Made by a program: the position numbers and the translations under genes. This document shows, in pieces, positions 27,551 through 37,389 of a stretch of DNA of 64,000 nt. Numbering within the stretch: position 1 is the first letter of the stretch; each line of letters starts with the position of its first letter. Source of the stretch: an uncultured marine group I thaumarchaeote (GTDB lineage Archaea > Thermoproteota > Nitrososphaeria > Nitrososphaerales > Nitrosopumilaceae). Where the stretch lies: the NCBI GenBank assembly GCA_902606965.1, contig CACLIK010000001.1, positions 10,992 to 74,991 on the forward strand, read 5' to 3'. The notes beneath the pieces are model-generated. The model saw nothing but the letters and a program-made list of their open reading frames with translations. It did not search any database and had not been told where the DNA came from.

Positions 27551-27711
27551 TGTGTACATGTACAGGGAACTATCTCTGTGTTAAATGAACAATCGTGTGG
27601 TTCGTCAGCTTTCATATTGATTGGGATCTGCTTCATGCATTCTGAATGCCTTCCTTTTTTACAAAACCAACATATTTCATCGCTTGGATTATTTGGTGAG
27701 TTTGGTTCCAT
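27547..27711 (-). CDS. Small Cys/His-rich protein (54 aa), below ORF-track cutoff
   Basis: MEPNSPNNPSDEICWFCKKGRHSECMKQIPINMKADEPHDCSFNTEIVPCTCTH*; fills the gap downstream of ilvE. Confidence 0.7.
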   Translation of the reverse strand: MEPNSPNNPSDEICWFCKKGRHSECMKQIPINMKADEPHDCSFNTEIVPCTCTH

Positions 27712-27741
27712 ATCTATCAGTAAATTGGTTTGGTAAAAAAC

Positions 27742-28656
27742 TTAGATGTAATGTAACCAAGATGCAAATTTCTCATCCTGACCCATTACAATATCCATAA
27801 ACGATTTTTGTAGTGTTTTTGTTATATTTCCGATCTTACCATTTCCAATAATTGTTTTATTGATTTTGGATACTGATTTTACTTCTGCAGCGGTTCCAGT
27901 CATGAAAACCTCATCGGCTTTTAATAGCTCTTTTACAGTTATGTTTTTCTCAATTAATTTAATTCTCTTAGCTTTGATCAATCTAATTACACTGTCTCTT
28001 GTAATTCCGTTTAAGATATCCGCATTGAGTGGAGGAGTTTTGATTATTCCGTTTTTTATAATGAATATATTTTCAGCACTTCCTTCTGCAATTTTTCCAC
28101 TTGAGTTAAGCATGATGGCTTCATCATATCCACTTTTGAGTGCTTCAACACGTGCTAATGCTGCATTAGAATAATTTGCTGCAGATTTCGATTGCATGGG
28201 TTGGGATTTGGAATCAATTCTAATCCATTTTGAAATCTTGCATTTAGCCCCAGAAAATTTACCAGCTTTTGACTCACCCATCTTCCATTCCCAGCATGAA
28301 ATAGATACATCTACTTTGTTTAATGTAGGTGTAAGCCCCATGGTTCCATATCCATAGTAAGCTATAGGTCTAATGTAACATTCTTTCAATCCACTAGATT
28401 TTATTGTTTTAATTATGGCATCTATGATTTGTTTTTTTGTATAACGCATCTTCATGTCGTATAATTTTGATGAGTTGAAAAATCTATCAACATGTTCCGG
28501 CAATCTAAAAATTGCAGAACCATGTGGAGTGTTATAACATCTTATTCCCTCAAATACAGCAGTAGAATAGTGCAATGCATGAGTAAGAACATGTATTTTT
28601 GCATCTTTGAACGGAACCAATTTTCCATTCATCCAAATTTTCCCTACTTCTTTCAT
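27742..28656 (-). CDS. ilvE: Branched-chain amino acid aminotransferase (paralog 1)
   Basis: ALHYSTAVFEGIRCY, PLP lysine in SKSAANY, EGSAEN, LNGITR, TGTAAEV. Confidence 0.9.
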   Translation of the reverse strand: MKEVGKIWMNGKLVPFKDAKIHVLTHALHYSTAVFEGIRCYNTPHGSAIFRLPEHVDRFFNSSKLYDMKMRYTKKQIIDAIIKTIKSSGLKECYIRPIAYYGYGTMGLTPTLNKVDVSISCWEWKMGESKAGKFSGAKCKISKWIRIDSKSQPMQSKSAANYSNAALARVEALKSGYDEAIMLNSSGKIAEGSAENIFIIKNGIIKTPPLNADILNGITRDSVIRLIKAKRIKLIEKNITVKELLKADEVFMTGTAAEVKSVSKINKTIIGNGKIGNITKTLQKSFMDIVMGQDEKFASWLHYI

Positions 28657-28693
28657 ATGAGTTGATCTAATTTTGGTAATTTAAATAATTACA

Positions 28694-30109
28694 CTAGATG
28701 AATTTGATATTAGACCGTTCTTCATGAATTGCATTGATTGCTTTTTCAATATTATCCGTAGAATCCTCTATTACAACTATAATTCTTGAAGTTTCCTCTT
28801 GCGCATCTATATTCAATATGTTTAATCCGGATTCACCTATCTTCGCACTAGTTTTTGAAACAATTTGTTGTACCCTCCACATCTCATCACCAATCAATGT
28901 TATCACTCCACGATTATAGGTAATGGTAGCAAGTGGATCAAATCCTAAAATATATTTTTCATTTCTTTTGACATAATCACCATCAAGGAATAATATTCTA
29001 GAAAATTTTATTCCATCTTTAGTAAATGGTGAAAGTACTATAAATTCACTATATCTTTTTTTATTTTCAAGTGAATCCAATAGTTTATGAACAAATTCAT
29101 CTTCAATTCTTAAGATAGCACAATTCTTTTTTCCTGTAATAATTTTTATTGGATGGCCATTATCAGTACCTGTTTTTCTTTCAATTGTTGTGACTTTTGT
29201 AGGATTTCTCATATCTGTAATAACTATCGGTAATGAAATGCCATTTTCTAAAATCTCCTTAATGGCTACAGGATCTAGTATATTCATTCCAAACATTCCA
29301 GCTAATCTCGCTTCGTTGTATGATATGCCATGTACATCAGTAAGATCTTCTTTGACAATTCTAGGATCAGCAGAAACAACAGAGCTGTCCTTTTCAAAAT
29401 CAATTTTTATATCAAATTTTTTATGAAGTAAAATTCCTAAATCTGCAGCCGTTCTATCAGATCCACCTCTCTCATACGTTGTTATAACCCCATCCGTGGT
29501 ACGACCAATAAAACCACCGATTGTAACTACTTGATTTTGTTCTAGTAATTTTTCAAGATGTCCAATTCTCTTGTTAGATTCTGATATTACAAAATTTGTA
29601 TATTCAATATTATTATCAGTTATTATCGGCCAATTTTCTAACTTTACAGATTTTGATTTAATTCCTTGACTCTGTAGGATGTATTCCATTACATATGACA
29701 TTAAAATTTCTCCAGAATATGCTAAAGTTTTAGAACGAATTTCATCAGAAAATTCCTTTTTCCCCATAGCCTTTTCTAGTTCAGCCTTAACCTTATCCAA
29801 ACAATCATCAATTATCTTTCTACACTCATCTTGAAATTCAGAACTTACAAGCTCCAATATTTTTTCATATGTTTTTCTTAAAATAATTAAATCTGAACTC
29901 TTCCCATCTTTTGCTCTGTTTCCAAGCTCTAATGCTACATCCGTCAATGATTTACGTTTTCCTTCTATAACGGTTAATGGTGCAGAAAATACTGCAATAA
30001 CTTTGGCATTTTTACTAATGGAGTTAATTCTTTGAATGATTATTGGAATTGATATGCCATCAATCCCAATTGTACTACCTCCAAATTTTGCAACTATTAC
30101 TTGGCTCAT
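28694..30109 (-). CDS. Aspartate kinase (divergent), C-terminal ACT domain
   Basis: VAKFGGS, GEILMS, GGFIG, RGGSD, SADPR, SYNEA; start trimmed to ATG 30109. Confidence 0.85.
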   Translation of the reverse strand: MSQVIVAKFGGSTIGIDGISIPIIIQRINSISKNAKVIAVFSAPLTVIEGKRKSLTDVALELGNRAKDGKSSDLIILRKTYEKILELVSSEFQDECRKIIDDCLDKVKAELEKAMGKKEFSDEIRSKTLAYSGEILMSYVMEYILQSQGIKSKSVKLENWPIITDNNIEYTNFVISESNKRIGHLEKLLEQNQVVTIGGFIGRTTDGVITTYERGGSDRTAADLGILLHKKFDIKIDFEKDSSVVSADPRIVKEDLTDVHGISYNEARLAGMFGMNILDPVAIKEILENGISLPIVITDMRNPTKVTTIERKTGTDNGHPIKIITGKKNCAILRIEDEFVHKLLDSLENKKRYSEFIVLSPFTKDGIKFSRILFLDGDYVKRNEKYILGFDPLATITYNRGVITLIGDEMWRVQQIVSKTSAKIGESGLNILNIDAQEETSRIIVVIEDSTDNIEKAINAIHEERSNIKFI

Positions 30110-30239
30110 TATGGCATATGAAATTCTTACATTATTATTCGTTAGTTTGATTTTGATAATTTTATGTAAACTCACTATCTAGTTTAATCTCAAAAATGAT
30201 TTCTCAAAGTTTAAATGGTTTTTAACAAGGAAATTTGCT

Positions 30240-30314
30240 GGGTCCATGGTCCAGGTCGGTTATGACGTCGCCCTTACACGGCGAAAATCCAGGGTTCAAA
30301 TCCCTGTGGACCCA
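30240..30314 (+). tRNA. tRNA-Val(TAC)
   Basis: GGGTCCA/TGGACCC, TCGCC-CTTACAC-GGCGA, GGTTCAAATCC. Confidence 0.96.
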
Positions 30315-30362
30315 TACTAAAATTCAAATATTTTTTAGGCTGTTATTATTAAGGATCTTAAA

Positions 30363-30614
30363 TTGAGCGAATTATCTATGAATGATAAAATGATATTGAT
30401 TCAACATGCAATTCAAAAATATGAAAAGGAAGAAGAATTGGTTGAAAAATTGAAAAATGTTTTATCAGAAAAGGACATTCAGCGTAATCTTGATACTCTC
30501 ATTGGAACACAACGCGTACGTAGGATTGGTCCTGAAATTTTACAAAATAATCAAAGCCATACAGAATTACCCAGTTTACCTGAACACTTGAAACCAATAT
30601 TGGAAAAAATTTAA
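30363..30614 (+). CDS. Small hypothetical protein, possible winged-helix
   Basis: TTG start, 83 aa, fills the gap; helix-helix-hairpin pattern. Confidence 0.7.
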   Translation: MSELSMNDKMILIQHAIQKYEKEEELVEKLKNVLSEKDIQRNLDTLIGTQRVRRIGPEILQNNQSHTELPSLPEHLKPILEKI

Positions 30615-30616
30615 TT

Positions 30617-31498
30617 TTAGAAAGCTCTGAATCCTTCTGGTCTAATATTTTCAGGATGTTCCTTTAACCAAGAGATTTTTTCAAGCATGGTATTTTTTTC
30701 GTCAGGAAAAACACCACCAATATTATATGCATTAGATCCATGATTTGCTCGAAATACCATTTTTTCTTTGATGTCAATTTGTTGGACCAAATCATGTAGC
30801 TCAGCTAAAGCCTCGTCATCATTTATTGGGTGAAACTGTTCTCCAAACTTTGTTAGAAATTCTTCTTTAACGCCTGTTTCTAAAATCAAAGTTAACGTTC
30901 CAAGATAATGTGGTGATGCAGAGTTAACAACATGCGCTGTACCTTTGATGTGTTCCTTAGTGTAATCCTTTCCTCCAAGTCCTAAAATAATGATACACGA
31001 TAATGTAAATCCTGTTTCTTTTGCTTTTCTGCATGCTCTTATGATCGTTTCAGATGTGGCACCTTTCGTAATCTTCTTTAAAATAATATCAGAACCACTT
31101 TCTATTCCTAGATATAACATGTTCAGTCCAGCCTGATTCATTCTTCTCAGTTCCTCTGGAGTCTTTTTGAGTAAATTCATTGGCATTGCATAGCAAGATA
31201 CTCTTTCTAATTTTTGGAAATTATTGTAAAGATATTCTGTTATCTTAACCATATAATCCGTTGATAAATTTAATGCATCACCATCCGCAAGAAAAATTCT
31301 AGTTGTGTCTGGAAGTTGCTTTACCATTAAATCAATTTCAGTTTTGACTTCATCCCAAGGTCTTTCACTATATTCCTTGTTTCTATACATGTCACAGAAT
31401 GAGCATTCATTAAACGAACAGCCAATTGTAACTTGAAAGATTAGCGATTTTGCCTCAGATGGCGGTCTATAAACTGGTTCAGCGTAATTCAACATCAT
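30617..31498 (-). CDS. Radical SAM protein
   Basis: VYRPPSEA, GCSFNECSFC, FLADGDAL, LGIESG, FRANH. Confidence 0.9.
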   Translation of the reverse strand: MMLNYAEPVYRPPSEAKSLIFQVTIGCSFNECSFCDMYRNKEYSERPWDEVKTEIDLMVKQLPDTTRIFLADGDALNLSTDYMVKITEYLYNNFQKLERVSCYAMPMNLLKKTPEELRRMNQAGLNMLYLGIESGSDIILKKITKGATSETIIRACRKAKETGFTLSCIIILGLGGKDYTKEHIKGTAHVVNSASPHYLGTLTLILETGVKEEFLTKFGEQFHPINDDEALAELHDLVQQIDIKEKMVFRANHGSNAYNIGGVFPDEKNTMLEKISWLKEHPENIRPEGFRAF

Positions 31499-31571
31499 GA
31501 ATATTATGATGTTAATGTTGTAATTTATCGTTTTTCTCTAACCATATAAGGCAAAAAACTTCTAGCCAAGT

Positions 31572-32021
31572 ATGAATCAAAAATACAAAGAATACCTAAG
31601 ACTGAACAAAAATATTCTTTTGGCATTTGCCGCTTCAATAACGATTTCGGCTATTGCCGCTGATTACTTTTCTGATCAATATGACTATCTTAACACCACA
31701 TTGACTTTAGTAGTTGATTATGGAGTGTTTTTTTCAACATTTGGTATCTTATTCTATCTTGATAACCGAAGAAAATATAGAACTGAAACTGGTGAACTGA
31801 AAAAATCATTATTAAAATCAGATTTAATCAAAATAATAACTTCTCTTGGAATTGGTGAAATTGTTTATACCATTGTACGATGGGTTCTACAATATTATCT
31901 CCTACAAATTGGTTATGATGCTTATCTAGCATCAATTATCTCACAACTTATTTCAACTGTAGTTTATCTGATAGTCTTGAATTTGAGTGTGAAGATAACA
32001 AAGTTGTATAAAGATGAATAG
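31572..32021 (+). CDS. Four-TM membrane protein, GtrA-like
   Basis: Four hydrophobic helices in a 2+2 arrangement. Confidence 0.6.
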   Translation: MNQKYKEYLRLNKNILLAFAASITISAIAADYFSDQYDYLNTTLTLVVDYGVFFSTFGILFYLDNRRKYRTETGELKKSLLKSDLIKIITSLGIGEIVYTIVRWVLQYYLLQIGYDAYLASIISQLISTVVYLIVLNLSVKITKLYKDE

Positions 32022-32056
32022 CTTTATTATAGAAAATTAGTTGATGGATCTTCATA

Positions 32057-34159
32057 ATGTCAGAATCAGTATTTCTTTCTCCAAAATCTATCGCAGTAGT
32101 GGGCGCATCTGATAAACAAGGTAGTGTGGGTCGTGCAATTACATCTAACATTATGAATGGTTACAAAGGAACAGTCTATCCCATTAGCCCAACAAGGGAA
32201 ACAGTTTTTGATCAAAAGGCATACAAAAGTGTTCTAGATGTTCCTGATCCTATTGATCTTGCAGTTGTGATAACAAAGAATACTATAGTTCCAATAGTTT
32301 TAGAAGAGTGTGGGAAAAAAGGAATCAAAGGAGCCATTGTAATCACTGCTGGATTCAAAGAAGTAGATGATGAGGGGAAAAAACTAGAACAAAAACTAAA
32401 AGAAATTGCTAGCAAATATGGTGTCAAAGTAATAGGTCCTAACTGTCTTGGTGTAATGAATCTAGAACCAAAAACCATGATGAACTCTACTTTTCTAAAA
32501 ATAACTCCCAAGTCTGGTCAAATTGCTTTAGTGTCACAAAGTGGTGCAATATGTGCTGCACTTGTTGAAGATGCTAGTGCACAAGGAATTGGATTTTCTG
32601 CTGTTGTAAGCATGGGAAACAAAGCGGATATGACAGAGATTGATATATTGAAAATGTTAGCTGATCACGAACAAACCAAGGTAATAGTGATGTATTTAGA
32701 AGACATGGGTGACGGTCAAGAATTTCTTAAAGTTTGTAAACAAATCACAAAAACTAATAAAATTAAAAAACCAATTCTAGTTCTTAAGTCTGGTAGAAGC
32801 CCTGAGGGTGCTAAGGCGGCAATGTCTCATACAGGCGCTTTGATGGGTTCAGATGAAATCTATGATGCAGTACTCAAACAGTCAGGCGCCATTAGGGTGG
32901 ATACTATGGAAGAGCTTTTCGACTATGCAACTGCGTTTTCAAAACAACCACTTCCTACGGAGGGTGATCTTGTAATTGTTTCAAATGCTGGAGGTCCAGC
33001 AATAATTTCGACTGACTCGTGTTCTAAACTTGGAATCAAGATGGCAAAGATTGAAGAGATTCGACCAAAAATTGATGCTGTTATTCCTCCTTGGGGAAGC
33101 TCAAGAAATCCGGTAGACATAGTTGGTGATGCCGACTTTAACAGATTTGAAAATGTCTTGAACGAGGTTCTTGCGCACAAGAATGTTGGTTCTGTAATCT
33201 CAATGTGTACACCATCTGCAACATTGGATTATGATAAGCTTGCAGAAGTGATTGTAAAAATGTCAAAAAAATACAAGAAAACAATGCTTGCGAGCCTGAT
33301 GGGTTTAGATGAAGGAATAACAAATAGAGAAATTCTTGCAAATGGTGATGTTCCATATTATACATATGCGGAAGGATCTATTCGTGCACTCAAAGCAATG
33401 CTTCGATTTGTTGAATGGGTAAAAACTCCGGAGGGAAACGTAAGAAAATTTGAAGCTAATACGGAAAAAGTGAAGAAAATATTTGATAAAGTGAAGCAAG
33501 AAGGAAGAACTAATCTTCTTGAGGAGGAGGGTATTGAAATTTTGAATACCTATGGTTTTCCCCTGCCAAAAAGTATCCTTGCTAAGTCGGAAGATGATGC
33601 CATCAAAGCTGCGAATGAAATTGGATATCCTGTAGTTATGAAGATTGCATCACCACAAATAGTTCACAAATCAGATGCAGGCGGTGTTAAGGTTAATCTT
33701 ACAAATGATGAAGAAATTCGTGGTGCCTTCAAAGAAATTGTTGAAAGTGCCAAGAAATATGATAACAAAGCCGAGATCAAAGGAGTTTTGATTGTTGAAA
33801 TGGTCAAGGGAGGCAAAGAGATGATTATAGGATCCAAGCTCGAACCTGGGTTTGGACCAGTTATTATGCTAGGTATGGGCGGAATTTATGTTGAAATTTT
33901 GAAAGATGTGACATTCAGACTTGCACCCTTGACTGATCAGGAAGCAAATGATATGATTTCATCAATAAAAACAAAGAAATTGTTAGAAGGAGTAAGAGGG
34001 GAAAAGCCTTCTGATATTGAAAAGCTTTCTGAATGCATTCAACGATTATCACAGCTTGTCACAGATTTTAAGGAAATCAAAGAGCTTGACATGAATCCAG
34101 TGTTGGTTATGGAAAAGGACCAAGGTTGTAAAATACTCGACGTGAGAATCGGTATCTAA
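32057..34159 (+). CDS. 4-hydroxybutyrate-CoA ligase (ADP-forming), fused alpha/beta acetate-CoA ligase family
   Basis: PKSIAVVGAS, GPNCLG, SQSG, SHTGAL, HKSDAGGV, ELDMNP; adjacent to 4-HB-CoA dehydratase as in Nitrosopumilus. Confidence 0.88.
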   Translation: MSESVFLSPKSIAVVGASDKQGSVGRAITSNIMNGYKGTVYPISPTRETVFDQKAYKSVLDVPDPIDLAVVITKNTIVPIVLEECGKKGIKGAIVITAGFKEVDDEGKKLEQKLKEIASKYGVKVIGPNCLGVMNLEPKTMMNSTFLKITPKSGQIALVSQSGAICAALVEDASAQGIGFSAVVSMGNKADMTEIDILKMLADHEQTKVIVMYLEDMGDGQEFLKVCKQITKTNKIKKPILVLKSGRSPEGAKAAMSHTGALMGSDEIYDAVLKQSGAIRVDTMEELFDYATAFSKQPLPTEGDLVIVSNAGGPAIISTDSCSKLGIKMAKIEEIRPKIDAVIPPWGSSRNPVDIVGDADFNRFENVLNEVLAHKNVGSVISMCTPSATLDYDKLAEVIVKMSKKYKKTMLASLMGLDEGITNREILANGDVPYYTYAEGSIRALKAMLRFVEWVKTPEGNVRKFEANTEKVKKIFDKVKQEGRTNLLEEEGIEILNTYGFPLPKSILAKSEDDAIKAANEIGYPVVMKIASPQIVHKSDAGGVKVNLTNDEEIRGAFKEIVESAKKYDNKAEIKGVLIVEMVKGGKEMIIGSKLEPGFGPVIMLGMGGIYVEILKDVTFRLAPLTDQEANDMISSIKTKKLLEGVRGEKPSDIEKLSECIQRLSQLVTDFKEIKELDMNPVLVMEKDQGCKILDVRIGI

Positions 34160-34178
34160 ATTAGGTAAAGCTACGACC

Positions 34179-34202
34179 AAAATTCTTTTAGAATTTTTAT
34201 AA
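34179..34202 (+). promoter_or_regulatory. Inverted repeat overlapping the hcd TATA box
   Basis: AAAATTCT-TTT-AGAATTTT followed by TTTTTATAA, about 21-29 nt upstream of the ATG. Confidence 0.45.
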
Positions 34203-34222
34203 TAGAATATGGTAGTAAGTAT

Positions 34223-35749
34223 ATGCAAAAAACAGTCAGACCAATTAGAACTGGGGAGGAATACATCGAAAGTCTGAAAGGTCGTGATCTCAAAGTTTAC
34301 TTGTTTGGTGAACTAGTCAAGGAACCTGTTGAGCATCCAATTATACGCCCTTCAATCAATGCAGTTGCAAAAACTTATGATCTAGCTGTTGAGGAAGAAG
34401 ATCTTGCCTCAGCAAAATCGTCTATAACAGGAGAACAAGTAAATCGTTTCTTGCATATTGCAGAAAGCGCACAGGATGTAGTTAAACAAAACAAGATGCA
34501 GAGAAAATTAGGACAACTTACCGGTACTTGTTTCCAAAGATGTGTTGGTATGGATGCCTTAAACTCACTTCATTCAACTACATTTGAAATTGATGAAAAA
34601 CATGGAACAAAATATCATAAAAAATTGTTAGAATTTATCAAGATGGTTCAACATGAAAACTTGGTAATAGGTGGAGCTATGACCGATGTCAAGGGTGACA
34701 GAAGCAAAGGACCATCTGAACAAGAAGACCCTGACTTGTTTCTACGTATTGTTGAAAGAAATGATAAAGGCGTTTACATTTCTGGTGCAAAAGCTCACCA
34801 GACTGGTTGTATCAACTCTCATTGGATGCTTGTTATGCCAACCATGAGATTAACTGAAAATGATAAAGATTATGCAATTGTGGGAGCAATTCCAGTCGAT
34901 GCACCAGGAATAACTTACATCTATGGCAGACAGTCTTGTGATACAAGAAGTATGGAACCTGGTGATATTGATCAAGGTAACTCAGAATATGGTGGTCAAG
35001 AGGCCATGGTAATATTTGACAAGGCTTTCATTCCAAACGAATTAATCTTCATGGATGGAGAATACGAATTCTCTTCAATGTTAGTTGAAAGGTTTACTTG
35101 TTATCATAGAAGAAGTTATGTTTGTAAGACTGGTTTAGGTGATGTTTTAATTGGTGCTGCAGCTACCATAGCAGATTATAATGGTGTACCTAAAGTTTCT
35201 CATATTAAAGATAAATTGATTGAGATGACTCATCTCAACGAATCAATCTATGGTACAGGAATTGCGTCATCGTATCAATCTCATAAAATGAAGTCTGGTG
35301 TTTGGCAAAATGACGATATGTTAGCAAACGTATGTAAACATAATGTTACACGTTTCCCTTATCAAATAAGCAGATTTGCTCAAGACATTGCTGGTGGACT
35401 AATGGTTACACTCCCATCGGAAGCGGAATTAAGAAACCCAATAACTGGACCACTACTTGAAAAATACCTCAAAGGCAGAAAAGATGTTGATGTTGAAAGC
35501 AGGATGAGGATTTTACGTCTAATTGAAAACATGACAATGGGTAGAAATGCTGTTGGTTATCTTACAGAATCAATGCACGGCGCGGGCTCACCACAAGCAC
35601 AGAGAATTCAAATTGCACGACAAATGCAATTAGGTTACAAGAAAAAGCTTGCAAAAAATTTGGCAAAAATACAAGAGAAAGGTGAAGAAACTCTAGAAAA
35701 TGCTGATTACTTCAAACGAGTTTTCAAGTTAGATAATTCTAAAGAATAA
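34223..35749 (+). CDS. hcd: 4-hydroxybutyryl-CoA dehydratase/vinylacetyl-CoA isomerase
   Basis: TCFQRCVGMD, AMTDVKGDRS, GAKAHQTG, YHRRSYVCK, ESMHGAGSPQAQ. Confidence 0.96.
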   Translation: MQKTVRPIRTGEEYIESLKGRDLKVYLFGELVKEPVEHPIIRPSINAVAKTYDLAVEEEDLASAKSSITGEQVNRFLHIAESAQDVVKQNKMQRKLGQLTGTCFQRCVGMDALNSLHSTTFEIDEKHGTKYHKKLLEFIKMVQHENLVIGGAMTDVKGDRSKGPSEQEDPDLFLRIVERNDKGVYISGAKAHQTGCINSHWMLVMPTMRLTENDKDYAIVGAIPVDAPGITYIYGRQSCDTRSMEPGDIDQGNSEYGGQEAMVIFDKAFIPNELIFMDGEYEFSSMLVERFTCYHRRSYVCKTGLGDVLIGAAATIADYNGVPKVSHIKDKLIEMTHLNESIYGTGIASSYQSHKMKSGVWQNDDMLANVCKHNVTRFPYQISRFAQDIAGGLMVTLPSEAELRNPITGPLLEKYLKGRKDVDVESRMRILRLIENMTMGRNAVGYLTESMHGAGSPQAQRIQIARQMQLGYKKKLAKNLAKIQEKGEETLENADYFKRVFKLDNSKE

Positions 35750-35754
35750 GATTA

Positions 35755-36456
35755 TCACTTTTTGTCTTCAGATTCTTTTTCCTTATCAGAGAAAAATTCT
35801 GGTAAATCTTCTGATTTTTTTTCTTGGTCAGAATTCTCAGTAGATTTGCGTTCCTGTGTGGTAAAGTCCTTTGGTTCAACATATTCCGCATCCTCAGGTG
35901 GATCGATTTTCTCAGCAGGTTGAGATTCACTATAATCATCAGGTATTGATTCCGTTAATACTTTCTTCTTGCTTTTGGAAATTTGTCTAATTACCATAAT
36001 TCCTATAATCACTGCTATGATAATGTAATTGATAGGAGGTTGCAAAATTTTCGTAATAAATCCTACCTGTGGAACCACATAAACTACTTTTCCAATGTAT
36101 TCCTCACTAGTTATGGGATAATCCGTTCCCACTATAGAATTTTGGTTGTTATCACCTTTAGTGCGTAGTGTTAAAGGATCATCATCAACAACCGCAACTA
36201 CTCTATGAACTATGACCTTACTATGATCTTTTGGTTTATCAAATACGATAATGTCTCCAATTTTCACGTCATCAAACAATGTATGGCCAGAAATTACTAT
36301 GATGTCATACATCGCTAATTCTGGATACATACTTCCGCTAGAAACTACATAGAATGGATTCTGCGCACCAAAATAAGCCTGAAGTCCAATCCAAATTACC
36401 GCAACACACGCAACCACGATAATAATGTCTTTGATTATACCATTCATTGAGCCCAA
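35755..36456 (-). CDS. Signal peptidase I (Sec11 type)
   Basis: VVSSGSMYP, GDIIVF, IVHRV, TKGDNN; acidic C-terminal tail. Confidence 0.92.
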   Translation of the reverse strand: MGSMNGIIKDIIIVVACVAVIWIGLQAYFGAQNPFYVVSSGSMYPELAMYDIIVISGHTLFDDVKIGDIIVFDKPKDHSKVIVHRVVAVVDDDPLTLRTKGDNNQNSIVGTDYPITSEEYIGKVVYVVPQVGFITKILQPPINYIIIAVIIGIMVIRQISKSKKKVLTESIPDDYSESQPAEKIDPPEDAEYVEPKDFTTQERKSTENSDQEKKSEDLPEFFSDKEKESEDKK

Positions 36457-36498
36457 AGCTACGTTTTTTCCTTTATGATGATTAGATAAATCTTGCTT

Positions 36499-37266
36499 CT
36501 AAATTTTGGTTCCACAACTCTCACAGAATTTTGAATCTGGTTTGTTATCAAAATTACAGCTTGGACACCTTAATCCCTGCTGTACAGATATACTAGTTGT
36601 AGCAGCTGAAGAATCTCCAAGTAAAATAATCTCGCCAACTTTTTTTATTCTGTTCCAATTAATGCTTACATCATTACCGTCATTATCTGAAATCACTAAA
36701 ATTACCTGATTGTTAGAATCTACACCTACCTGTTTGGCTATTCCAATTTGTTTAGCACTTTCATCAAAGACTGACATTCCAGAAATTGCATTAAATGTAG
36801 GGTCCACTGGGTTTGTTTCAGGAACCATAAAATCACCATCAAAAGTTGGAATATCATTAGATTGCTGTTGAACTTCATTCAATGCTTCTTGAGCAATATT
36901 TAGTTCTGGCTCAATTGGTTTTGCATTACCTATTTCGCCTAACTCATCTGGTTTCTTAAATTCCCTGTATTCAGCGATGGGAGATCCACATGTAGTACAA
37001 AGATATTGACCTCTCTCCGCAAGGATCAAATTTTCAGCTACTTCTTCGTTAGGATTTTCATATTCAATTTTTGGACCTCCTTCATATTCTTTATCGCAAG
37101 TATTGCATGTGTATCTCTTGATACTTTCTTCATCTAATCTTCCAATTGGTGCTAAAAATAGATCAGGGCCGCCCAAATTTCCTTTTCTTTGTTGTTCATC
37201 AGTTACTTGTGCCATGACAAATCCACCTGATCCTCGTAATTTCTTTATGCGTAAATCGTCACTCAT
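36499..37266 (-). CDS. Zn-finger + PRC-barrel + zinc-ribbon protein
   Basis: CNTC..CTTC; GMSVFDESAKQIG..INWNRIKKVGEIILL; CPSC..KFCESCG; SD AGGTGA. Confidence 0.75.
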   Translation of the reverse strand: MSDDLRIKKLRGSGGFVMAQVTDEQQRKGNLGGPDLFLAPIGRLDEESIKRYTCNTCDKEYEGGPKIEYENPNEEVAENLILAERGQYLCTTCGSPIAEYREFKKPDELGEIGNAKPIEPELNIAQEALNEVQQQSNDIPTFDGDFMVPETNPVDPTFNAISGMSVFDESAKQIGIAKQVGVDSNNQVILVISDNDGNDVSINWNRIKKVGEIILLGDSSAATTSISVQQGLRCPSCNFDNKPDSKFCESCGTKI

Positions 37267-37389
37267 ACTTTCACCTACCTAAAATGTCATTTAAGTATAT
37301 TTCATTAATTTGTAACGAAGATTAAACGAAGAGTTACTATTTTTTACACCTAACATATTTAGGTATGATTTTTTTTGATAATAATTATT

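Noticed and set aside
25435-27741. Integrated mobile element at tRNA-Lys
   Set aside because: No integrase or transposase and no attR copy of the tRNA 3' end was seen; kept only as an accessory islet
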